In this document: positions 38,973 to 48,915 of the stretch, in pieces | How the letters are laid out: every line of letters starts with the position of its first letter | Position numbering within the stretch: the stretch's first letter is position 1 | Assembly: GCA_015486315.1 (NCBI GenBank) | Contig: WFRY01000466.1 | Location: 7,864 to 71,863, forward strand | Origin: Desulfobulbaceae bacterium | Lineage (GTDB): Bacteria > Desulfobacterota > Desulfobulbia > Desulfobulbales > Desulfobulbaceae | DNA length: 64,000 bases | Direction: 5' to 3' | Notes under the pieces: model-generated | The model's database searches: none | What the model was told of the DNA's origin: nothing | Seen by the model: the letters and a program-made list of their open reading frames with translations, nothing else | Made by a program: the position numbers and the translations under genes

Positions 38973-41384
38973 CTACACCTGAGCTACACCTCTCATATCC
39001 AGTACCGGCTCCCAGACAAGCAGCAGTTCCAGGTTATAAATATCACTATGTCTCGGCGTTATATTAACCGTTTCCAGATTATAATTCTCCGGATCAAAGC
39101 GATTCGCCAGCGCTGCGAGCTTTTCCTGCAGCTCCCGGGCCAGGATATCAAGATCCTCCTGAACCAGGGCTTCGGCATCCTCGGCCCGCTGCACATCCCC
39201 CTGTTCCTTGATAACCCGTCCTGCCCCCCGCACACTGCGGACACCACGATTTGCATTGGAAACCGACAACTTTTTTCGGCTGAACAGGGCGCTGAGAATC
39301 GTCGCACCAATTGACAGAGCAGTATCAATACCTTTAGCCCTTACATCTCCTTTTTCCTTATCAACCCGTGCCGATGCCTTTTCAAGTCTTACTTCCAGCT
39401 GACGCTGTTTTTTCTCATATCGCTCTTTAATTTTATCTGCTTCGATTTCCTTTTTTTCCCGAAGCAGGTCGGCTATGCGTTTTTTAAACTGTACCGTTGT
39501 CTCCCCCGGTCTGGAAACCAGTTTAAGCGAGGCCACCTTCATCAGGGGCAGCCGCATGGTATGGTACAAAAAATCATCAAACTCTTTTTCCATGCTCCGC
39601 AGACTCTTCACCCCGATAAAGGCCTGTGAAATCGGGGCATAGCGACTTCCGAGCGGTGCCTTTTCTCTACAGTCATCCCTTTCCGGAACATACTCCAGGG
39701 CCTGCTGCCAGTCGGGTTCACCAACATCAGCAGTGGCAGGCAGGCGCAGGCAGATCTGCCTGGTCTCATCTACTCCGTGGGTTTGTTTCACAAAACGTAC
39801 CGTTGCCGCAGCCACCAGACATGGTACATAATCAACCTCTTCCAGCGGGATCTGTGGGGGCAGATAACATTGCTTAATACCTGCTGAAAGCATGGGCGGA
39901 GCAGTGCTGAACCTTGCTGTCGGCAGTGCAGGCATTGCGGGGGCAGTCTCAGGTTGCCTGCCGGTATCCTCCTGCGGGTCCGTTGCAAACATCTTTGCAA
40001 TTTCAGGTAACGAAACAGGCCCCTTCAAAAAGGACATGGCCCAGCGGGTCTCAAACAGAACAGGTTCATCCTGATGGGCGGAGTACATGAGAAAGGTTCG
40101 CCCCCGCATATCAGAGAGCATTTCCCGGATCTGTTGTTCACTGAAATCATCCGAACTGCCGGCGATTCCGGTCATGACCCGGTCCTGATCCTGCCTGGTC
40201 TGCAGACGACCGACAAACCAGGTCCCGATATTGGACAATCCTTTATAATCAAGATCCACGGGATTCTGGGTGGAGAGTACCACACCGACCCCGTAAGCCC
40301 TGGCCTGCTTCAGCAGAAGCAGCATGGGTTTCTTGGATGGCGGGTTTGCATTAGGCGGGAAATAACCAAAAATTTCATCCATATAGAGCAGACAGCGCAG
40401 CCCACTGCTCCCCTCCTGCCTGCGCATCCAGGAAATAAAACGCCCGAGAAGCATGGAAACAAAAAACATCCGTTCGTCATCACTTAGATGGGCAATGGAA
40501 AAAATTGAAACCTGCGGCTTACCGGAAGCGGCATAGAGAAAATTCTCCATGTGCAGAGGATCGCCTTTGGTCCAGCCGCTGAAGGCCGGACTAGCAAGGA
40601 TATTGTTGAGCTGCATGGCAAGGTCCATCCGTTTCTGCTGCGGAAAAAACATGTCCGTCGAAAGACTGCCTACCTTCTGAAAAGGAGGGTTCACCACCGC
40701 ACCGATCAACATTTCCAGGGATAAATCCTGCTGCTTGCGCCAGTAATAAAGGACAATGGAGGAGAGCAGAATATGCTCCCGGCTCCGCAGAGGATCCGCC
40801 TTTACCCCCACCAATGCAAGGAGAGAACCGACAGTCGAGTTGACCAGACCGGCAGCAGTCTCATTGTCCTGCAGCACCTCGGGATCCGGGGCTTCCATGC
40901 TGTCCAGTACGGAGACAGGCCGTCCTGAGCTGCTGCCCGGGGTATAGACAACAATATCAACCGAGCTACGCATCCGGGCAATACGTTCTTTATCCTGTCC
41001 CCAGGATCCAAGCCCGTCCTGCCAGGTCTCAGCTGTTTCCGCAGCCAGTTCTTCCCGGCTGATATTTTTCTGCGCTGCCAGGCCTTCGTCCACCCAGGGT
41101 TCAAAATCCTTGCCGGCAAGATCCGGAAAGGAGAGCAGCAGGTTGGTCATATCACCCTTTGGATCAATGACAATGGCAGGCAGTTTGTCAATTGCCGCCT
41201 CTTCAATCATATCGATACCCAGGCCGGTCTTGCCGCTGCCGGTCATACCGATGATCGCGGCATGGGTGGTAAGATTCTTGTTTTTGTACAACAGGGGCAG
41301 GCGGGTTGTCTCCCCGGTTACCGGGTCCAGTTTCCGTCCCAGATAAAACAGGTCCATTTTTTCAAAATCACTTGCACCGGCCAT
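38973..41384 (-). CDS. HerA/FtsK-type (DUF87/DUF853-like) P-loop NTPase, 803 aa
   Basis: Walker A GMTGSGKTG, IDPKGD, Walker B LLYMDEIFGY and VVLSTQNPVDLD.., followed by a Lys/Glu-rich coiled-coil C-terminal half. Confidence 0.75.
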   Translation of the reverse strand: MAGASDFEKMDLFYLGRKLDPVTGETTRLPLLYKNKNLTTHAAIIGMTGSGKTGLGIDMIEEAAIDKLPAIVIDPKGDMTNLLLSFPDLAGKDFEPWVDEGLAAQKNISREELAAETAETWQDGLGSWGQDKERIARMRSSVDIVVYTPGSSSGRPVSVLDSMEAPDPEVLQDNETAAGLVNSTVGSLLALVGVKADPLRSREHILLSSIVLYYWRKQQDLSLEMLIGAVVNPPFQKVGSLSTDMFFPQQKRMDLAMQLNNILASPAFSGWTKGDPLHMENFLYAASGKPQVSIFSIAHLSDDERMFFVSMLLGRFISWMRRQEGSSGLRCLLYMDEIFGYFPPNANPPSKKPMLLLLKQARAYGVGVVLSTQNPVDLDYKGLSNIGTWFVGRLQTRQDQDRVMTGIAGSSDDFSEQQIREMLSDMRGRTFLMYSAHQDEPVLFETRWAMSFLKGPVSLPEIAKMFATDPQEDTGRQPETAPAMPALPTARFSTAPPMLSAGIKQCYLPPQIPLEEVDYVPCLVAAATVRFVKQTHGVDETRQICLRLPATADVGEPDWQQALEYVPERDDCREKAPLGSRYAPISQAFIGVKSLRSMEKEFDDFLYHTMRLPLMKVASLKLVSRPGETTVQFKKRIADLLREKKEIEADKIKERYEKKQRQLEVRLEKASARVDKEKGDVRAKGIDTALSIGATILSALFSRKKLSVSNANRGVRSVRGAGRVIKEQGDVQRAEDAEALVQEDLDILARELQEKLAALANRFDPENYNLETVNITPRHSDIYNLELLLVWEPVLDMRGVAQV

Positions 41385-41456
41385 GTACTTCCTCCGAAAG
41401 AAATTGCTATTTCATTGAACTGGGTGCAGCTTTCTGCTTGAATAGATACAGATAAA

Positions 41457-41479
41457 CGTAAGCGCTCCATGAACGCTTA
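41457..41479 (+). repeat. Compact hairpin copy of the GTAAGCGCT family
   Basis: GTAAGCG-CTCCATGAA-CGCTTAC (7-bp stem) in the divergent intergenic region. Confidence 0.7.
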
Positions 41480-41533
41480 CAGGTAAACCAGCAAGGCCGG
41501 ACCATTTTTCGGGCTCCGGCCACAACCAACAAT

Positions 41534-41573
41534 GAAAATAGCCTGAATCAGCAGTACCCTTGTGGCTATTTTC
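41534..41573 (+). promoter_or_regulatory. Conserved leader hairpin (10-bp stem, 20-nt loop) upstream of the primase-helicase-like gene
   Basis: GAAAATAGCC-N20-GGCTATTTTC preceded by CAACCAACAAT. It has the same sense orientation and a similar distance to the start codon as the hisB copy. Confidence 0.4.
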
Positions 41574-41609
41574 GGATATAGCTCCAAACCTATTCAGCAG
41601 GAAACAACC

Positions 41610-43388
41610 ATGGACCACACGGATCCGGTCACTGTTTTTTACAAAGAACAATTACCAGAAGCAGAAGTGAAAAACAACATCCTTACGGCACAATGTCCAT
41701 TCTGTAAACAAAACAACAGAGAGGAACAGGGGGTACTTGTTGTTTTCCTCAACCAGGAAAGCTATTTTCATGGTTACTATCGCTGCCTGAACCACTGCTC
41801 ACCAGGCGGATTCCCTCTTCACTTTGCCAGGCAGCTCCATATTGATCTGCGTCTTGTGCCGGGCTTTGACCCGGACCGCGATTATGCAGTCTCACGGGTT
41901 GATTATCCGGTAAAAAATCTCAACCATGAACTTCTGGACTTCATGTCTAAAATGACTGATGACCTGAACAGCCGCTTTGCGGCAGCCGGTATCTCCGGGG
42001 AGATTCTCCGGCAAATGAAGGTCGGATATAACGGCCGCTATCTGGTCTATCCCTATATCCAGGAAGACGGTAACTGCTATTCTACCCGTTGTGTTCATCC
42101 AGACAGCCCCGATGATACCTTCTGGTACGGAGATGAATCCTTTTTCAGTGAGCAGTTCAGGATTTTTAATGTCGAAGAATTACTGCGTTGTGAAAACGGC
42201 AGTCTGATCATTGTCGAGGGTGAAGACAACCTGCTTACCCTTAAACAACTTGGTCTGCCTGCCATAGCCATGCCCACTGCCGCTGAATTTGTTCATCTCA
42301 AGAGGGAACGGCTGGCATGGATCAACACCGTGTTTATCAGTGTCAACCACACACCTGAATCAGAAACAGCTGCGAGAAAATTCGCCTCCCGCCTCGGTTA
42401 CAAGGTCAGGCTCATCTCCTGGCCCGACTCTGCCCCCAGGCATTATAACCTGACCCAACTGGCCCGTGAAAAAGGGGGAGAGTTCCAAAAAGAAGTTTTT
42501 TCTCTTATTCGGGCGGCCAGATCATTTTCTCCTTTCAGCTCCCCTGAACGGGAGTTCCTCCATTTTCAGGAACAGCTGGCCCTTGAGGCCGGGAAGAGCT
42601 ACCAGACCATGGCATCCGGATTTACAAAACTGGATACGGCCCTGGGCGGGATTCACGGGATCAACATTATGGGCGGCCTGCCCAAAGCGGGAAAATCCTG
42701 CTTTTTTATTCAGACCGCAACAGAAATGGCCCGTCGCAAAGTGCCGGTCATTTATTATGATTTTGAAAATGGCCGTCAGAAAATCTACCAGCGCACCCTC
42801 TGCCGCCTGAGCAGGCTGACAACCAGCCGGATTAAGAGCGGCCGGCTGACGGATGAGGAAAACAACAGACTGCAGACTGCCCGCACGGAACTCAATAACT
42901 TACTGCCCTGGTTTCGGGTGGTAACCGACCGAAAGCTGACGCCGAATCTGATGCGCAGCCATATTGACTTTCTCCGACATGAAACCAACTCCGATTATAC
43001 GCTGGTGGTTATAGACAGCCTGCATAAACTGCCGTTCAAAGATTTCTCCGAACGAAGAACCGGTATTGACGCCTGGCTGCGGCAACTCGAGGCCATACGC
43101 GATGAACTCCGCGTCTCCTTCCTGGTCATCTCGGAACTGACCCGTGGCGAAGACGGGCAGTATGACAGCCAACCGCAGCTCGGCGCCTTTAAGGGATCCG
43201 GCGACATTGAGTACTCAGCCGACAATGCCATGGTCCTGCTGCCGCAGTGGGATCCCTTCGGCAGTGATCCGGTTGACAGGCGCCATAACGACCTGTGGCT
43301 GGTGGCCAGCCGCGAACATGGTCCGGGAATGATCGGGTCCTACCGGCTTGATTACCCCTACTGGGGGTTTACCGAAGAAGAGGGATAA
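41610..43388 (+). CDS. Zn-ribbon / TOPRIM-like / RepA-DnaB-like (RecA-fold) ATPase, primase-helicase architecture
   Basis: CPFCKQ...YYRCLNHC zinc-ribbon-like segment, LIIVEGEDNLLTLKQLG (TOPRIM Glu), Walker A GGLPKAGKS, Walker B LVVIDSLH, and KGSGDIEYSADNAMVL typical of DnaB_C/AAA_25. The start is at the ATG at 41610. Confidence 0.7.
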   Translation: MDHTDPVTVFYKEQLPEAEVKNNILTAQCPFCKQNNREEQGVLVVFLNQESYFHGYYRCLNHCSPGGFPLHFARQLHIDLRLVPGFDPDRDYAVSRVDYPVKNLNHELLDFMSKMTDDLNSRFAAAGISGEILRQMKVGYNGRYLVYPYIQEDGNCYSTRCVHPDSPDDTFWYGDESFFSEQFRIFNVEELLRCENGSLIIVEGEDNLLTLKQLGLPAIAMPTAAEFVHLKRERLAWINTVFISVNHTPESETAARKFASRLGYKVRLISWPDSAPRHYNLTQLAREKGGEFQKEVFSLIRAARSFSPFSSPEREFLHFQEQLALEAGKSYQTMASGFTKLDTALGGIHGINIMGGLPKAGKSCFFIQTATEMARRKVPVIYYDFENGRQKIYQRTLCRLSRLTTSRIKSGRLTDEENNRLQTARTELNNLLPWFRVVTDRKLTPNLMRSHIDFLRHETNSDYTLVVIDSLHKLPFKDFSERRTGIDAWLRQLEAIRDELRVSFLVISELTRGEDGQYDSQPQLGAFKGSGDIEYSADNAMVLLPQWDPFGSDPVDRRHNDLWLVASREHGPGMIGSYRLDYPYWGFTEEEG

Positions 43389-43390
43389 AC

Positions 43391-43407
43391 GTAAGCGCTC
43401 CATGAAC
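43391..43407 (+). repeat. GTAAGCGCTCCATGAAC repeat copy between convergent genes
   Basis: Exact 17-mer 3 nt after the stop codon, preceded by AAAC as at 41453. Confidence 0.7.
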
Positions 43408-43414
43408 CCCCTGT

Positions 43415-43924
43415 TTACAACGTTATTGTTGCAGGATCATCCGTCATCTTAACAACTTTCCACTGCTGTTCATCAACATCAAAATCAGCAATTTTATTAA
43501 TGTCCATCCTCAGGTAACGTCCCTTTCCCTCAACAGCCGTCACGCCGCCGGGAAGGATGATCTCGCCGCTCCCCTCAAAAAACCGTTTACCATCCCCGGT
43601 TATCCGGGCAAGCACCCGGACTTCCTGATCAAGAGGGACCGGTTTTCTGAGACGCATGGAAAATTCAACGGTTACGCCCCAGATATTGTCGGCATCGGCA
43701 AGCATGATTGCCCTGCCGATCGTCTCGTCAAGAATGGTTGCTGCCAGGCCTCCATGCAGACGCCCTGGATACCCCTGATGTTCCTCTGCGGGCTGAAAGA
43801 TGCCCAGCAGCTCACCTGTTTCCAACTCATAAAACCGACTCTTCAAACCGAATCTATTTTCAAGTCCGCAGGCAAAACACATCTTTGAATTAGGCTGCTT
43901 GCCGGTCACTCTGATGTTTTTCAT
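43415..43924 (-). CDS. PaaI-family (hotdog-fold) thioesterase
   Basis: CFACG..., GYPGRLHGGLAATILDETIG. Confidence 0.85.
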   Translation of the reverse strand: MKNIRVTGKQPNSKMCFACGLENRFGLKSRFYELETGELLGIFQPAEEHQGYPGRLHGGLAATILDETIGRAIMLADADNIWGVTVEFSMRLRKPVPLDQEVRVLARITGDGKRFFEGSGEIILPGGVTAVEGKGRYLRMDINKIADFDVDEQQWKVVKMTDDPATITL

Positions 43925-43947
43925 ACCTTTGCTCCCTGTTTACCTTT

Positions 43948-44096
43948 GTAAGCGCTCCATGAACACCGAGCTGTTATCAAGTTAAGGGTACAATCAAAAA
44001 TAACTTCACATTCTGAGCAGAAATCGGGCAGGGTAAGCGAGCTCGCGAGACTCCGAAAGGCCATTTATGGACAGGCACTAATTAATGAAGCGTTTA
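43948..44096 (+). repeat. 149-bp MITE-like member of the GTAAGCGCT family
   Basis: Left end GTAAGCGCTCCATGAACACCGAGCTGTTATCAAG (compare 27738-27771) and right end TTAATGAAGCGTTTAC. Confidence 0.65.
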
Positions 44097-44178
44097 CGTT
44101 TTTCCTGTATACAGTACAGTTTACTCACTCACCTGCCACCTCACTGAGAGGTCGCGGGGTAAAACTATTCAGGTAAAA

Positions 44179-45111
44179 ATGTTAAATGTAATTGAAATTG
44201 TTTTCCCGGTATTTTTCATCATCGGGCTTGGCTTTGCTATTCGACGGAAAGGGCTTGTTGACGATATTTTTTACGAGCAGACCAACAGGCTGGTCTTTTA
44301 TGTCTGCCTTCCCCTGCTGCTGTTCTACAAGACAGGTACTGCAGATTTCAGCACCAGTTTCAACCTCAGGCTGGTGGTAACCACAGCAAGCGCTGTCGGC
44401 TGTTGTTTTCTGATCGCCTGGTTCTATGGGCGATGGCGCAACTACCCGGCACCGGTTCAAGGTAGCTTCTGCCAGGGATCATTCAGGGGCAACCTGGCCT
44501 ACATAGGACTGGCCATTATCTACAATGCCTACGGAGATGCGGGACTGTCCAGGGCGGGCGTTCTGCTGGGATTCCTGGTACCGGTTCTAAACTTCTTTGC
44601 CATCCTGGCCCTGCTCCTTCCCCAGCAGAAAAAGCGGACTGATGTGGTGGAAATCTGCACACAGGTTCTCTACAACCCTTTGATTCCGGCATCTCTGGCC
44701 GGTATTGGCTGGAGTTTTTTTCAGCTGCCGATGCCTGCCGTTATCGACCGTTCACTGAGCATTGCCACAGGCATGACACTCCCGCTGGCCCTGCTCTCCA
44801 TTGGAGGAGGTTTTTCCCTGAACAAACTGCGGGGTGATATCAAAACAACCATCATTGCCACCACAATAAAACTGGTCCTGCTCCCCGCAGTCACCGCCCT
44901 GCTGATGCTGTCGGCCGGGATAACAGGTCTGGACTTTGCCATTGGTCTGCTCATGGCCGGTGCCCCGACAGCAGTTGCCACTTTTATCATGGCGGGAAAA
45001 ATGGGGGGAGACGAAAAACTTGCAGGAAGCATTGTGATCATGGCCACAGCGTGTTCTGCAGCCGGTTACACGATTCTGCTCTACTGGTTACGGATGTCCG
45101 GGGTCAAATAA
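44179..45111 (+). CDS. AEC-family (auxin efflux carrier-like) transporter
   Basis: 310 aa with about 10 TM helices. The N-terminus IFPVFFIIGLGFAIRR is typical of this family. Confidence 0.8.
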   Translation: MLNVIEIVFPVFFIIGLGFAIRRKGLVDDIFYEQTNRLVFYVCLPLLLFYKTGTADFSTSFNLRLVVTTASAVGCCFLIAWFYGRWRNYPAPVQGSFCQGSFRGNLAYIGLAIIYNAYGDAGLSRAGVLLGFLVPVLNFFAILALLLPQQKKRTDVVEICTQVLYNPLIPASLAGIGWSFFQLPMPAVIDRSLSIATGMTLPLALLSIGGGFSLNKLRGDIKTTIIATTIKLVLLPAVTALLMLSAGITGLDFAIGLLMAGAPTAVATFIMAGKMGGDEKLAGSIVIMATACSAAGYTILLYWLRMSGVK

Positions 45112-45116
45112 AATAA

Positions 45117-45794
45117 TCAACCCGCTGCAGCTGCCGGGTTCTCTTCTTTGCCGGCAGCGTCTTTTTTATTTTTTTCTTCTTCAAGTTGGAGAATCTTATG
45201 TTCCATCTGGTCTATCAGTCCGGAAAATTTTTCATCACGAAGTATACTGCGAAACTGTTCCATATAATTACGTATCAGGCTTACCCCTTCCACAATAATA
45301 TCATAGGCCATCCACTTGTCTCCTTTTAAAATCATAATATAGGAGACCGGAATTGACTTGTTTGCATCTACAAGCTGGGTCTGGACCTCGGCCCTGTTGC
45401 CCTTGATGCGCTGTTTACCAAATTGAATTTTGGTATCAACGTAGTCCTCAACCTTACCGATATATGCATACTGTAACAGCCTGGTAAAAAGACTGACAAA
45501 CTGATCCCGCTGCTGCGCAGACAATTTTCTCCACTGCTTGCCGAGAACCCGCTTGGACATCTCATGAAAATCGAAATGTTCGGAGGCAATATCGACAATG
45601 CGCTGACACTGACGACAGGAGGGGTCATCCTTGAAATCCCTGTTCTTGAGTTCTACAACAATTTTATCAAGAAAGGGTTTAAGCTGTTCCGTAGGGTCTG
45701 GAACAACGGCCCGGGCCGTGCCATGGAAAACAAATGGCGCCATGGCCAGTACGGCAACGATAACGATCGACAATATTATACTGTTTTTCTGCAC
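45117..45794 (-). CDS. mlaC: Phospholipid-binding protein MlaC (Ttg2D family)
   Basis: Signal peptide, then FDFHEMSKRVLGKQWRKLSAQQRDQFVSLF. GTG start at 45794 behind AAGGTG. Confidence 0.8.
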   Translation of the reverse strand: MQKNSIILSIVIVAVLAMAPFVFHGTARAVVPDPTEQLKPFLDKIVVELKNRDFKDDPSCRQCQRIVDIASEHFDFHEMSKRVLGKQWRKLSAQQRDQFVSLFTRLLQYAYIGKVEDYVDTKIQFGKQRIKGNRAEVQTQLVDANKSIPVSYIMILKGDKWMAYDIIVEGVSLIRNYMEQFRSILRDEKFSGLIDQMEHKILQLEEEKNKKDAAGKEENPAAAAG

Positions 45795-45843
45795 AAATTC
45801 ACCTTTAAAGAGGACCGATACATGCCTTCGGTCACACCTGTAT

Positions 45844-46626
45844 TTATTCGTCATACACCTGGAGGTGAGAATCCCGCAGTCTCTTTCGAATCTGAAAATA
45901 ACCATTTCGAAGGGCTACATAGGGATCGAAACTCAACTTCTTCAGGTCTTCATATTCACCGAGGTGCAGGGACAACTTGTTTGTTTCCTTGCCCAGGTAA
46001 ATGGCAGCAGCGGGTTCCCAGCCATCCGCCCAATAATAGTAAGGCGACAGGGCAAGACCGTCAACCATGTCTCCGGTAAAATCACGCAGCGTTGTGGAAC
46101 CATAAAACGGTATCACCAGATAGAAACCATCCCCAACGCCCCAGACAGCAAGCGTTTCACCAAGGGTGGCATCGACGGCCTTAAACCCCAGTTCCCTGCC
46201 GGCCGGATTTCCCAGGCCGGCAACACCGCCGGTGGTATTAATAACAAAACGTATCAGAGCGGTACCGGCATCGGAAAATCTACCCTGCAGGATGGAGTTG
46301 AGGCAGCGTAACGGTTCCTGGAGGTTATAGAAAAAATTACCTATGGAACCACGGATATCGTAAGGCACCACATAACTGTAACCGGTGGCTACGGGATTAA
46401 AAAACCAGGTAAAGGTAAAATCATTGAAGTGATACATTGCCCGGTTAAAAGATTCAAGGGGATCATCGGTCTCAACAGATGCGGGTTCACTGTCATAAAA
46501 TTCGTCATCAAGAAAATCGACAGGGCCGTCGTCGGTTGCAGCCAGGCAAACTGCCCGGGGCGCCGACACCAGTGTCGCAAGAACAAGACAGATACCCAGA
46601 ATAATTATTTGAAATGATATTTTCAT
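45844..46626 (-). CDS. mlaA: MlaA/VacJ-family lipoprotein
   Basis: DPLESFNRAMYHFND...EPLRCLNSILQG...INTTGGVAG. Confidence 0.88.
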   Translation of the reverse strand: MKISFQIIILGICLVLATLVSAPRAVCLAATDDGPVDFLDDEFYDSEPASVETDDPLESFNRAMYHFNDFTFTWFFNPVATGYSYVVPYDIRGSIGNFFYNLQEPLRCLNSILQGRFSDAGTALIRFVINTTGGVAGLGNPAGRELGFKAVDATLGETLAVWGVGDGFYLVIPFYGSTTLRDFTGDMVDGLALSPYYYWADGWEPAAAIYLGKETNKLSLHLGEYEDLKKLSFDPYVALRNGYFQIRKRLRDSHLQVYDE

Positions 46627-46634
46627 GGCAAAGT

Positions 46635-47084
46635 TTATTTTACACTTCCAAAAGCAAACTTGGAAATCAATGATTCCAGATCAACTGAAGATTCCGTATC
46701 AACAATCACTTCCCCTTCCTGGTAATTTTTTTCATCACCCCCCAGGGTGATTTGAATGAGTTTATCACCGATAATCCCCTGGGATTTTACCGAGGCAATG
46801 GAATCCTTAGGAATTTTAATTTCCTTATTCAACTGCATCTCCGCCCGGGCCTGATCATCATCACTCAGCGCAAGACCGGTTACCGAACCAATGGTAACAC
46901 CAGCTATCTGGACTTCAGCACCGGATTTTACCCCTGAAATATTATCAAAATCCGCATAAACAATATATGTTTTACGGGCACTTAGCCAAGGTACTTCACC
47001 AAGCTGCATGGCCAGCCAGCCAAAGGCAAGAAAACCAAGCACCAGAAAAATACCGACAACAATCTCAACTCGAGAATTATTCAT
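46635..47084 (-). CDS. mlaD: MCE-domain protein MlaD
   Basis: N-terminal TM helix, then Y..FDNISGVKSGAEVQIAGVTIGSV. Confidence 0.88.
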   Translation of the reverse strand: MNNSRVEIVVGIFLVLGFLAFGWLAMQLGEVPWLSARKTYIVYADFDNISGVKSGAEVQIAGVTIGSVTGLALSDDDQARAEMQLNKEIKIPKDSIASVKSQGIIGDKLIQITLGGDEKNYQEGEVIVDTESSVDLESLISKFAFGSVK

Positions 47085-47172
47085 TTATCCTCCCTGACAC
47101 TCCACAACAAGGCACTGATATGTTTTGATGCCGGAACAACATATCTCCTGATTACCGGCACATATGAGTTTA

Positions 47173-47973
47173 TCAACAGCTCTGTTCGGATTCAAAAAGC
47201 TCACCCATGGTCATTTCCGCAAACTCCCGGATATAGGGTTTCTTTGAATTCCTGATCTGCTCAACACTGGTAAAGACATCAACTTCTCCTTTATTGAGTA
47301 GAATTATCTGATCGGCAAGGTCAAAAACCCTGGGTATATCATGGCTGACGATAACCGCCGTATAGCCCAGCTCCTTCTGCATTCGCTCAAAGAGCTGGTA
47401 AATTTCCCGGGTCATAACCGGATCAAGCCCTGTTGTCGGCTCATCAAAGAGGACAATCTCAGGATTGAGTTGCAAAGCGCGGGCCAGTCCGACTCTTTTT
47501 TTCATACCACCACTGAGCTGGGCTGGAAATTTTTCTTCATGACCGGAAAGTTCAAGCTCTTCCAGCGTAGCCATGACCCGTTGCCGGATCTCCTGCTCCG
47601 TATGTTTCGTCCGTTCCCTGAGCGGTAAGGCGATATTTTCAAACACGGACAGGGAATCAAACAGGGCCGAACCTTGAAAGAGCACACCAAACCTGGTCCG
47701 CAGGGAACGAAGAGCTTTTCGTCGCATTACAGTGACATCCTGTCCATCGACCAGTATACTGCCGCTGTCGGGGCGAAGCAGGCCCAGCACTAATTTAAGG
47801 GTGACACTTTTCCCCTGCCCGCTGCCGCCGGCAATGACGGTTGTCTTACCACGGGGAATGGAAAAGCTTATTTCATTCAAAACAGTATGCCGATGGACTC
47901 GCTCTCCAAAGGATTTAGTCACCTTGATAAACTCGATGGCCGGCAAATCAGCGTTGTATGTATCGGAAGTCAT
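47173..47973 (-). CDS. mlaF: ABC transporter ATP-binding protein MlaF
   Basis: Walker A GGSGQGKS, signature LSGGMKKR and Walker B VLFDEP. Confidence 0.9.
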   Translation of the reverse strand: MTSDTYNADLPAIEFIKVTKSFGERVHRHTVLNEISFSIPRGKTTVIAGGSGQGKSVTLKLVLGLLRPDSGSILVDGQDVTVMRRKALRSLRTRFGVLFQGSALFDSLSVFENIALPLRERTKHTEQEIRQRVMATLEELELSGHEEKFPAQLSGGMKKRVGLARALQLNPEIVLFDEPTTGLDPVMTREIYQLFERMQKELGYTAVIVSHDIPRVFDLADQIILLNKGEVDVFTSVEQIRNSKKPYIREFAEMTMGELFESEQSC

Positions 47974-47975
47974 TG

Positions 47976-48803
47976 CTACAGCAGTACCGCAGTGAGCAGG
48001 TAATCAAAAATTAGAACTGAAATCGAAGAGATGACCACCGCCTGGGTGGTAACCTTACTGACACTTTCCGCACCAAATCCCACTCCTCTGATCTGCTGAA
48101 CAAAATAACCTCGACCGGTACTGATCCAGACCAGCAGCAGGGCAAACACAAAAGACTTTATTATTCCAAGCCGGATATCATGATTACTCACACTCTGCAT
48201 CATCCCGTTGAAATAGGAACCGGAACTGACACCCATCAATTTGACACCAGCAAGATAGCCGCCAAAGATACCGACCACATCAAACATGGCTGTGAGCAGG
48301 GGAACAGATATAATGGTGGCAAGCAGCTTGGGTGAGATGAGATAACGGAAGGGATCAACAGCCATGCACTCAAGCGCATCAATCTGCTCGGAAATGCGCA
48401 TAATACCGATCTCGGCACACATGGCCGACCCTGCCCTTCCCGCAACCATGAGCGCCGTCAGGATCGGACCAAGTTCCATAATCAGGGTCAGAGAAACAGC
48501 TGAACCGAGCATCCCTTCCGCACCAAACTTATGTAACGAATAATACCCCTGCAGTCCGAGCACCATCCCGGAAGAGAGGGCGGTAAAAAAGATTACGGTT
48601 ACAGATCCTGCACCGATAAAGCGAAGCTGCTTCAGCAGTTCACGGCCTCGAAAGGGGTGCTTGAATACACCGGTCAGGGTTGAAAGAAGAAAAATCCCCA
48701 TCCGACCCAGATCGGTGAGCAGGTAAATAAACTGGTCTCCCAGCCCGGCAAATGGTCTGGCCCAGCTCGGGACCTCTGATTTCTGCAACTGTTCCTGTCT
48801 CAT
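47976..48803 (-). CDS. mlaE: ABC transporter permease MlaE
   Basis: The conserved MlaE block [19 protein letters not shown]...[19 protein letters not shown]. Confidence 0.9.
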   Translation of the reverse strand: MRQEQLQKSEVPSWARPFAGLGDQFIYLLTDLGRMGIFLLSTLTGVFKHPFRGRELLKQLRFIGAGSVTVIFFTALSSGMVLGLQGYYSLHKFGAEGMLGSAVSLTLIMELGPILTALMVAGRAGSAMCAEIGIMRISEQIDALECMAVDPFRYLISPKLLATIISVPLLTAMFDVVGIFGGYLAGVKLMGVSSGSYFNGMMQSVSNHDIRLGIIKSFVFALLLVWISTGRGYFVQQIRGVGFGAESVSKVTTQAVVISSISVLIFDYLLTAVLL

Positions 48804-48915
48804 ATTGTACTGAAAATAATTATTTTTATGGGTGCTCTCTTACCATAAAAAAGACGAATTGCATAAATATTTATACAGTTCGTCGCAGCACTTACATTAT
48901 TTGCAAAAAAAGCAA

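Noticed and set aside
38973-43924. Interpretation of the primase-helicase-like gene region as a prophage or integrative element.
   Set aside because: The window contains no integrase, excisionase, transposase, terminase or capsid genes. The flanking repeats belong to the dispersed REP-like family rather than forming a direct-repeat att pair. A degraded element cannot be excluded.
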